A DNA stretch of 64,000 nt, from NCBI GenBank assembly GCA_036446295.1, contig JAZFSR010000121.1, positions 4,427 to 68,426 of the forward strand, given 5' to 3'. This DNA is from Candidatus Aminicenantaceae bacterium (GTDB taxonomy: Bacteria > Acidobacteriota > Aminicenantia > Aminicenantales > Aminicenantaceae). A program made the position numbers and the translations under genes. This document shows positions 19,710-27,166 of this stretch, piece by piece (the stretch's first letter is position 1; every line of letters starts with the position of its first letter). Below the pieces are notes generated by a model, which saw only the letters and a list, made by a program, of their open reading frames with translations, was not told the origin of the DNA and searched no databases.

Positions 19710-20630
19710 ATGGATAACTTTCTTTCAATTCATGATTTGAGCATTTATGAATTCCATGAACTGTTGGACCTTTCCAGTCAAGTTAAAGCTCAACCACAGC
19801 GCTATAGAGAAAAGCTATCGAATACGGTTTTGGCCATGATTTTCGAAAAACCGTCTCTTCGGACACGAATGACCTTTCAAGTCGGCATGCTCCAACTGGG
19901 CGGCCAGGCCATTTATCTCGGCCCCCTTGATATCCGGATGGGCCAGAGAGAAAGCACGTACGACATAGGAAAAAACCTCGAACGATGGATCGATTTAATC
20001 ATGATCCGCACATTTGATCATCAGATCGCCAAGGATCTGGCCAAATACACACGTGTTCCGGTCATCAACGCCTTGACCGATTCCCTGCATCCCTGTCAGG
20101 GGATGGCCGACTTTCTGACTATCAGGGAAAAGCATTATGATCTGACCGACCTTTGCCTCGCCTACGTCGGAGACGGGAACAATGTCTGTCACAGCCTGCT
20201 CTTTGCGGCAGCCAAAGCAGGATCTCAGATGAAGGTGGCCACTCCTCCAGGATACGAACCCGATCCCGACATTGTCAAACAGGCCGAGGAGGACGGAAAG
20301 GACACAGGCTTCAGCGTCGAGGTCTATAATGATCCGGCTGAGGCAGTTCAGGGAGCCCATGCCGTCTATACCGACACCTGGACATCGATGGGACAGGAAG
20401 ACGAAAAAAAAGAACGACTCCGGATCTTTGCACCCTTCCAAGTCAACAAAGATCTGATGGCCAAGGCTCACCCCAAAGCGATATTCATGCACTGTCTTCC
20501 CGCACACAGAGGCGAAGAAGTCACAGATGAGGTTATCGACTCGACTCAATCGGTTGTTTTCGATCAGGCCGAAAACAGGCTTCATTTCCAAAAAGCCATT
20601 ATGTTATTATTAATGGGGATAAAAAAATAG
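19710..20630 (+). CDS. argF: Ornithine carbamoyltransferase
   Basis: 306 aa with S-L-R-T-R carbamoyl-P motif, HPCQ and HCLP motifs of OTCase. Confidence 0.88.
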   Translation: MDNFLSIHDLSIYEFHELLDLSSQVKAQPQRYREKLSNTVLAMIFEKPSLRTRMTFQVGMLQLGGQAIYLGPLDIRMGQRESTYDIGKNLERWIDLIMIRTFDHQIAKDLAKYTRVPVINALTDSLHPCQGMADFLTIREKHYDLTDLCLAYVGDGNNVCHSLLFAAAKAGSQMKVATPPGYEPDPDIVKQAEEDGKDTGFSVEVYNDPAEAVQGAHAVYTDTWTSMGQEDEKKERLRIFAPFQVNKDLMAKAHPKAIFMHCLPAHRGEEVTDEVIDSTQSVVFDQAENRLHFQKAIMLLLMGIKK

Positions 20631-20632
20631 AA

Positions 20633-22831
20633 ATGGACCAAGAAAACGAAATTACGCAAATTAACAACGACGATCTTTCCTTTTTAGAAAAGGAACTGGC
20701 CAAAACCAAAACCCCTGTCGTACAGGAAGAACTGGTCACTAAAACCGCCTTCAAAAAGACTGCAATCCAGCGGTGCCTGGAAGCCAAAAAATACAATTCC
20801 GATTGTTTGTATGAAATCGGCGACCTCGTGTTTAAGGAATATGATGAACCGCTGACCATCAGCTCTAAAGGTACCGAACACTTTAAAGGTTCCGTGGTGC
20901 TTAAGGTAGTCAACAAATTTTCTCTTCCTGATTTCAACTGTGAAATGCTGGAAGTGGATTACTTGGGTGGGGGAGTATTCCGGAAGCATATCGACTACAT
21001 GAAAAAAACTCGTACGCAGGTTCTCCTTCCGAGCAACTGCGACGGAAAGGCTCTCTCTCCAAAAATATTACAGAAAGACGAAGACCCTCGGTTAAACGAA
21101 CTTCCCATGACAGATAAAGACCTGAGGAAACTGGAGAAAAATCTCAAATCGGCACTTTTAAAATCCGATAAATTTTTTAACTGGAATGAATTCTGGCAGC
21201 TGGAAGCAAACCGGATCGCTATTACAGACAAAGAGATTAAAAAAATTGAAAAAAAATTTATGGAGACCCCCCTCTCCACGGCCACGACAGATTTGATCCT
21301 TCAACTCTTTGATATCGATAAAAAAAATGAGCTGTTTGCCATTCACGCCCTCAGTCTCAATTTTGTTCTGGAAAAGAACTACAAGAAAAAATTCGTCTAT
21401 ATTTCTCCGGAAGATTGGGGGAAATGGTTCTCCAAGGAGACTCTCGATTCGTTTCTGGCCAATCTTCCCATCACAAAATCCAAGGCCAAGGTTCCACGTC
21501 TGGATGAAACCAGTCATGAATCCCTCTCTAATGCCCCGGAAATGCCATTAAAAGTCTATCTAACATGGAGAGAAGTTCTCTCCGGCTGCATTAAAATCCC
21601 CAAGAGTATGAACCGGCATTTTTCAAAGTCCAGAGAATACATCTTTACGGATTCAGACAGCGGCAAAGACTATGTCGTCTACTACTACCCCTCATCCAAT
21701 ATCTTTTATGGGCTGCAGGAATTCTACGAAAAAAACAATGTTCCCCAGGGAGCCAGTCTCACTATCGAGAAAAAGGACCTCACTTCATGCCATTTCAGCT
21801 TGAAAAAGTCAAAAAAGAAGCTCGAAGTACCCCACCTCACATATGACCCTAAAAAGGATGAGATCATGGACACCGGGGAAGAGGCATTCACTTTTTCCCT
21901 TCCTAACAAGATCATCTTTTTGGAACGTGAAACTCTGACCACTCTCTTGACTCTTTACAGACAGCGGAAAAATGTTGACCTTAAAGACCTGCTCATCCTC
22001 ATCTTTAAAAATTTTGGATTGGAAGGGCAGGCCCTCACTATCCACTATCAACGCGCTTTTCATCTTGTCGATTTTATCAAACGCACCACTATCGAAGATG
22101 TGGAGAATGTTCTTCTCAACTCTCCTGAATTTACACAATCGGAAAAGAGCAAGGGTCTTTTTCTCTATCCGCTTGAACTAGAAGAAGTATCCCCGGATGA
22201 GACAGGGGTGGAAGAACATATAGAAAAGCCCGTTGACGAAAAGATCGCCGCCATGGTCGAAGAAATAGAGGAAGAGATTCTCCCTGAAATCGGGACTGTC
22301 GGCGAGGTAGCCATCCCAGAAGGATCCAAGATTGTCGAAGTCATCGAGCCCGAAAAACCGGCTCCCGTCAAAGTTAAACCTCCCCCAGTAAAGCCTGACC
22401 GACCTCTACGCCGTAAAAAAGCTGTCGACATTGTAACCCCAGAAGAAAAAGTCCCCTTAGAGCCTTCTAAAAAAGAAAAACCGGCCAAAAAGAAAAAGGC
22501 CCGATTGAAGGAAGAGCAGGAAAGAGTTCCACGACGCAGACGCGGAGGGAAACGCTTCATCGAAGAACGGATCGAACTGGAAGAATCGGAACACGAAGCC
22601 CTGATCGCCCGCAAAGCAGAAGAATCGGAACAGGAAAGCATCATCCTGCCTGAGAAACCCAAAAAAGACGAAGCAAAAGAAATGGGCAAGAAAGAAGAAC
22701 TTGCGGAGTATGTCTCCGAAACCCCGGCGTCGTCTCTCTTTGCCGACAAACTCAAGTCAGCCCTGGGGAAGACACCGCCCAAAGCTTCTGACAAAGGGAA
22801 AAAATCTAAAAAAAGAAGAAAACAAACCTGA
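20633..22831 (+). CDS. Hypothetical protein, 732 aa, with extremely K/E/R-rich C-terminal ~200 aa
   Basis: Uninterrupted ORF starting 2 nt after the argF stop. No family recognised. The tail reads …KPAKKKKARLKEEQERVPRRRRGGKRF…KGKKSKKRRKQT. Visibly A-rich codon usage. Confidence 0.7.
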   Translation: MDQENEITQINNDDLSFLEKELAKTKTPVVQEELVTKTAFKKTAIQRCLEAKKYNSDCLYEIGDLVFKEYDEPLTISSKGTEHFKGSVVLKVVNKFSLPDFNCEMLEVDYLGGGVFRKHIDYMKKTRTQVLLPSNCDGKALSPKILQKDEDPRLNELPMTDKDLRKLEKNLKSALLKSDKFFNWNEFWQLEANRIAITDKEIKKIEKKFMETPLSTATTDLILQLFDIDKKNELFAIHALSLNFVLEKNYKKKFVYISPEDWGKWFSKETLDSFLANLPITKSKAKVPRLDETSHESLSNAPEMPLKVYLTWREVLSGCIKIPKSMNRHFSKSREYIFTDSDSGKDYVVYYYPSSNIFYGLQEFYEKNNVPQGASLTIEKKDLTSCHFSLKKSKKKLEVPHLTYDPKKDEIMDTGEEAFTFSLPNKIIFLERETLTTLLTLYRQRKNVDLKDLLILIFKNFGLEGQALTIHYQRAFHLVDFIKRTTIEDVENVLLNSPEFTQSEKSKGLFLYPLELEEVSPDETGVEEHIEKPVDEKIAAMVEEIEEEILPEIGTVGEVAIPEGSKIVEVIEPEKPAPVKVKPPPVKPDRPLRRKKAVDIVTPEEKVPLEPSKKEKPAKKKKARLKEEQERVPRRRRGGKRFIEERIELEESEHEALIARKAEESEQESIILPEKPKKDEAKEMGKKEELAEYVSETPASSLFADKLKSALGKTPPKASDKGKKSKKRRKQT

Positions 22832-22853
22832 GACCGAAAAATCGGTCGCCCGA

Positions 22854-24008
22854 ATGAGCACTTGGCAAAAAACAGCTGATGTCGCCATCCTCGGAGGAGG
22901 CATCCTCGGCGTAAGCGCCGCATTTTTTCTTTCGCGCCATAAGCCGTTCCGGATCGTGCTGCTTGAAAAAGATGGCCTCGCCCAGGCCACGACCGGATTG
23001 AGCGTCGGAGGCATTCGGCAGCAGTTTTCTCATCCCTCAAATATTCTCCTTTCCCAAAACACTCTCGCTTTTTTTGATTTTTTCCAGAAGGAATACGGCA
23101 TCCCTCTAAGCTTCCACAAGGTAGGTTATCTCTTTCTCGCCCAAAAGGAGGACACTTGGAAAGATTTTCTCTCGAGTGTCCGGACCCAGAAGCGATACAA
23201 TGTCCCCGTAGAGGCACTTCTTCCTGGCGAAATCCAGCGGCGGTGGCCCTATCTGAATGTTGCGGATCTCAAAGGAGGCACATTCTGCCCGGAGGACGGC
23301 TATGCAGATCCCTACGAAGTAACGATGGCCATGGCAAATATCGCACGGCAGAAGGGGGTAGACATCTTTGAACAGACGGAAGTGACGGGAGTTCTTGTGG
23401 ACCGGGGAAAGGTGAGCGGCGTGCAAACAAGCCGGGGTGATCTTTCCGTTCCCATTGTAATCAATGCAGCCGGGCCGTGGAGCGGAAACATAGGGCGGAT
23501 GGCCGGGTTGAACTATCCCGTTTTTCCCTTCAGGCGCCAGGTGTTTGTAACCAAGGCGTTTCAAGAGTTAGCTAAACCCATCCCCTTTATTTTGGATTTT
23601 GATTCCCTCTTTTATTTTCGGGAGGAGGGACCGGCTATCCTCATGGGAAAAAGTGATCCGGAGGAACCTTCAAGCTTCAACATCCATGTGGACAGGGGGT
23701 TCATGGAAACCGTCATAGAGGCGGCATGCCATAGAGTCCCCGTTCTCGGCAGCGCGGAAATTGCGAAGGGCTGGGGAGGGCTGTACACCATTACGCCAGA
23801 TGGAAATCCGATCATCGGAGCCGACCCCAACGTCAAAGGATTCTACAATGCCATCGGATTTTCAGGGCATGGATTCCAGCACGGCCCTGCCGTCGGACAG
23901 ATTCTCTCCGATCTCATAGTACACGGCTCTACAGCCTTGGATATGACCCCATTCTTTTCAGAACGATTCACTCAAGGACCACTTCTTGGGGAAAAACGTG
24001 TTGTGTAA
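22854..24008 (+). CDS. FAD-dependent oxidoreductase (DAO/sarcosine-oxidase-beta-like)
   Basis: N-terminal dinucleotide fold ADVAILGGGILGVSAAFFL and C-terminal DAO-family region. The internal Met at 22854 was chosen; the ORF-track start would overlap the upstream gene. Confidence 0.8.
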   Translation: MSTWQKTADVAILGGGILGVSAAFFLSRHKPFRIVLLEKDGLAQATTGLSVGGIRQQFSHPSNILLSQNTLAFFDFFQKEYGIPLSFHKVGYLFLAQKEDTWKDFLSSVRTQKRYNVPVEALLPGEIQRRWPYLNVADLKGGTFCPEDGYADPYEVTMAMANIARQKGVDIFEQTEVTGVLVDRGKVSGVQTSRGDLSVPIVINAAGPWSGNIGRMAGLNYPVFPFRRQVFVTKAFQELAKPIPFILDFDSLFYFREEGPAILMGKSDPEEPSSFNIHVDRGFMETVIEAACHRVPVLGSAEIAKGWGGLYTITPDGNPIIGADPNVKGFYNAIGFSGHGFQHGPAVGQILSDLIVHGSTALDMTPFFSERFTQGPLLGEKRVV

Positions 24009-24022
24009 GGAGGACCATACTT

Positions 24023-25015
24023 GTGAAGATAAAAATCCTTAATCAAGAAAACGTCATGGAGGCCATCACTATCAAGGAGGCCATATCGGCTGTGAAGGAT
24101 GCCTTTATCCAGCTTTCCGCACAGGAAGCGGTTGTGCCGATGCGAAGCCAGATCCAGGTAGCCAAAGACAAAGGGATCTCCCTCTTTATGCCGGCTTATC
24201 TGGAAAAAAGCCATTCTCTCGGGGCTAAAATCGTCTCTGTGTTTCCAGACAATACCTCTAAGAACCTGCCCACCATTTTTGCTGTGGTTATCGTTCTGGA
24301 TGCCGATACCGGCCGTCCCCGGGCCATTCTGGACGGCACTTTTTTGACGGCACTGCGCACGGGGGCGGCATCTGGGGTAGCGACAGATTTGCTTGCGAAA
24401 AAAGACGCTTCGACAGCCGCTGTCTTTGGCGCAGGAATACAAGGCCGGACTCAAATGGAGGCCGTATGTACAGTCAGATCCATAGACAAAATTTGGATCT
24501 ATGATCCCCGTGCCTCTGCGGCGGACGCATATGTCCGAGATTTAAAAGAAAAGGGCCCCCCTTTTCCACAGGACATATCCGTTGCCTCCTCCCCAGAACA
24601 GGCGGCTGGCCAAGCCGATATCATCTGTACGGCCACAACCTCTTCCGTACCTGTTTTTAACGATAACCATATCAAACCGGGCGTCCACATCAACGGCGTC
24701 GGCTCTTACACTCCGGAAATGCAGGAGATTCCTTCAGCAACCGTAGTGAGGGCTAAAGTGTTTGTAGATTCTGTATCCTCCAGCTGGGAAGAGGCCGGAG
24801 ATCTGATTATTCCCCTTCAAAAGGGGCTCATCGACAAAGCCCATGTCCGCGGAGAGATCGGAGAACTGGCGTTGGGACAAATTCGGGGAAGGGACAAGGA
24901 GGATGACATCACGTTCTTTAAATCCGTAGGCGTGGCCGTGCAGGATATTTCTGTTGCACAAGTCATTCTCCAAACCGCCGAAAAGCTCGGATTGGGACTG
25001 GATGTCGACTTATAA
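24023..25015 (+). CDS. Ornithine cyclodeaminase/mu-crystallin family protein (candidate Pyr2C reductase or OCD)
   Basis: 330 aa with a Rossmann region GAGIQGRTQ and the OCD/mu-crystallin pattern throughout. Confidence 0.85.
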   Translation: MKIKILNQENVMEAITIKEAISAVKDAFIQLSAQEAVVPMRSQIQVAKDKGISLFMPAYLEKSHSLGAKIVSVFPDNTSKNLPTIFAVVIVLDADTGRPRAILDGTFLTALRTGAASGVATDLLAKKDASTAAVFGAGIQGRTQMEAVCTVRSIDKIWIYDPRASAADAYVRDLKEKGPPFPQDISVASSPEQAAGQADIICTATTSSVPVFNDNHIKPGVHINGVGSYTPEMQEIPSATVVRAKVFVDSVSSSWEEAGDLIIPLQKGLIDKAHVRGEIGELALGQIRGRDKEDDITFFKSVGVAVQDISVAQVILQTAEKLGLGLDVDL

Positions 25016-25029
25016 AAAGGAGGCACAGT

Positions 25030-26058
25030 ATGACTCAAACTTGGGAACCCCCTTCAGACTGGCTGCGGATTACAGCTATAGATGCACACACTGCCGGTGA
25101 ACCACTGCGGATCATCACCGGCGGATTTCCCCCCATCCCCGGGACAACGATTCTGGCCAAACGGCGGTACGTCCGGGAACACTTTGACCATCTGCGGAAA
25201 GCCCTCATGTGGGAACCACGAGGGCATGCCGATATGTACGGCTGTCTCCTCCTTGAACCCACAACTGAAGACGGAACCCTGAGCGTACTTTTTCTCCACA
25301 ATCTGGGCTACAGTTCCATGTGCGGTCACGGTATCATCGGCCTGTCCACCGTGGTTATGGAGACCGGTCTTTTCCATGTGGACAAAACTCAACCCAAGCT
25401 CCTTATCGACTCGCCCGCGGGGAGGATTACGGCGCGGGTTCATTGGGACAAAAACCGCATCCGGAGTACGACTTTCCAGAATGTCCCCTCATTTGTCCAT
25501 TCTCTCGATCAAACAATCACGGTCCCGGGTATTGGGGATGTCCGCTATGACATCGCATATGGAGGAGCTTATTATGCATTTGTAAAGGCGGAAGATTTTG
25601 GATTCAACCTTGTCCCTGATGAGTTTTCCACCCTTGTCGAAACCGGAAGACGCATCAAAAAGGCCGTTAAAAATCAAGTGGACATCCGGCATCCTTTTGA
25701 AGAAGATCTAGGCTTCCTCTACGGGACAATATTTGTCGGTCCCCCTCACGACAAGGCTCATCACAGCCGGAATGTGTGTGTTTTTGCCGATGGTGAAGTC
25801 GACCGGAGCCCGACGGGAACCGGAGTCAGTGCACGGGCCGCCCTTCATTTTGCCCGGAACGACATCACAGAGGGTGAGCCTTTTGTTATCGAAAGCCTTC
25901 TGGGAACATGTTTTACAGGACGTGTGGTCAACACCACGTCTTTTGGCAGCTATCCTGCCATTATCCCTGAAGTAACGGGGAGCGCTTTCATCGTGGGGCG
26001 CAGCGAATGGCTCATCGATCCCAATGACCCCCTCCGCCACGGTTTTTTCCTCCGCTAG
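25030..26058 (+). CDS. Proline racemase family protein, Cys/Thr type (predicted trans-3-hydroxy-L-proline dehydratase-like)
   Basis: 342 aa. First catalytic motif SMCGHG retains Cys. The second motif reads DRSPTGTG, so the second catalytic Cys is replaced by Thr. Confidence 0.85.
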   Translation: MTQTWEPPSDWLRITAIDAHTAGEPLRIITGGFPPIPGTTILAKRRYVREHFDHLRKALMWEPRGHADMYGCLLLEPTTEDGTLSVLFLHNLGYSSMCGHGIIGLSTVVMETGLFHVDKTQPKLLIDSPAGRITARVHWDKNRIRSTTFQNVPSFVHSLDQTITVPGIGDVRYDIAYGGAYYAFVKAEDFGFNLVPDEFSTLVETGRRIKKAVKNQVDIRHPFEEDLGFLYGTIFVGPPHDKAHHSRNVCVFADGEVDRSPTGTGVSARAALHFARNDITEGEPFVIESLLGTCFTGRVVNTTSFGSYPAIIPEVTGSAFIVGRSEWLIDPNDPLRHGFFLR

Positions 26059-27137
26059 AGGATCTCGCGTGTGGGACCTCTGCGCCGGGTGACTTTCATC
26101 TGGTCGAGAAGCTCGAGGAGAGGAATGGCGTACTTCCGGGAAAGGCCGGTCATCTCTTTGAATTGGCCAACAGTCAGCTCTTTTCCTTCTAGATTCCGGA
26201 TTTTGGCCACCAGCTCCTCCAGCCACTGAGAATGAAGGATAAATCCGTCTTCCCCCTGGACAATCTTTCTCCTTTCGGCCAGAAGAGAGAGAAGGTTTTG
26301 CAGCCGATGGGCGGAAAGATTGAAGCGTTTCTGGAAGTCTTCCATAGGGACAGAATGAAGCTTCCCCTCAAGACACATCTCTTCCAGCCTGTCAACGAGG
26401 CCTTCCTCCTCTGACGTCAGAGCCAGTTCAAAATCCATCACCGACAACCGTTTTTCGACCTCTTTAATTTGTTTCTCACGAATAAGATGTTTTAACGCGA
26501 GAAACCAGATTCGATCGGGGAGATCAAACTTCTGCTTCACTTCATTATTCAATACGCCCGGCTCATCCGGATGGGTCTCATGATAGCGCCGTATGAACTG
26601 GGTAATTTTCTCTTTGAGGAACTCAAAACTTGCATGAGAAAGCAAAAAAAGCGGGGAAAACGAGAGGATCCGGATCTGTCCTTCAGCTTCCAGCTTCTGA
26701 CAGAGAGGAAGCAGCGTTTTCCTTGTGATAGGAGCAAACTCCAGGATCTCTTTTTCCCTCAAACCCATAATTCCCTTATCCCGGGCGAGAACGGCTAACA
26801 TTCCGATCTTATCACCCCTGAGCTGGGGGAGAAGATTCGCCCTCTTTTTCGCGTCCTTCCCTATCAGTTTTTGATCGGCGGGATAGAGGACTTTTCCTGA
26901 ACCCAACACCTTCTCCGATCCCGGACTCAGGACATCAAAGGAATAGCTCCATTTAACAGTCACCGGTTTTGAGAGGGATACGGAAATGAATGAATCTTTC
27001 AAATCGTGGATACCGGTCTCATAGAAAGAAAATGAGCCCGGCACTTTTTCTTTTTTCAGCACAAATGTGGCATCGTGTGCATGGGCCTTCTTGGGCAAAA
27101 CAATATCGACAACCGCATCAAAAATAGAAGTTTTCAT
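26055..27137 (-). CDS. SelB C-terminal (winged-helix SECIS-binding) domain protein lacking the GTPase domain
   Basis: 360 aa. The C-terminus …GQFKEMTGLSRKYAIPLLELLDQMKVTRRRGPTREIL matches the terminal winged helix of SelB. Only 30 nt separate it from rnr upstream, so there is no room for EF-Tu-like domains I/II. Confidence 0.7.
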   Translation of the reverse strand: MKTSIFDAVVDIVLPKKAHAHDATFVLKKEKVPGSFSFYETGIHDLKDSFISVSLSKPVTVKWSYSFDVLSPGSEKVLGSGKVLYPADQKLIGKDAKKRANLLPQLRGDKIGMLAVLARDKGIMGLREKEILEFAPITRKTLLPLCQKLEAEGQIRILSFSPLFLLSHASFEFLKEKITQFIRRYHETHPDEPGVLNNEVKQKFDLPDRIWFLALKHLIREKQIKEVEKRLSVMDFELALTSEEEGLVDRLEEMCLEGKLHSVPMEDFQKRFNLSAHRLQNLLSLLAERRKIVQGEDGFILHSQWLEELVAKIRNLEGKELTVGQFKEMTGLSRKYAIPLLELLDQMKVTRRRGPTREIL

Positions 27138-27166
27138 CTCTTATCCTCACCTGGCTTAGAAAGGCA

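Noticed and set aside
22165-23217. 350-aa S/G-rich minus-strand ORF
   Set aside because: Antisense to the K/E-rich tail of the 732-aa ORF and to the FAD oxidoreductase N-terminus. The serine-rich translation is the complement of the GAA/AAG-rich sense codons.
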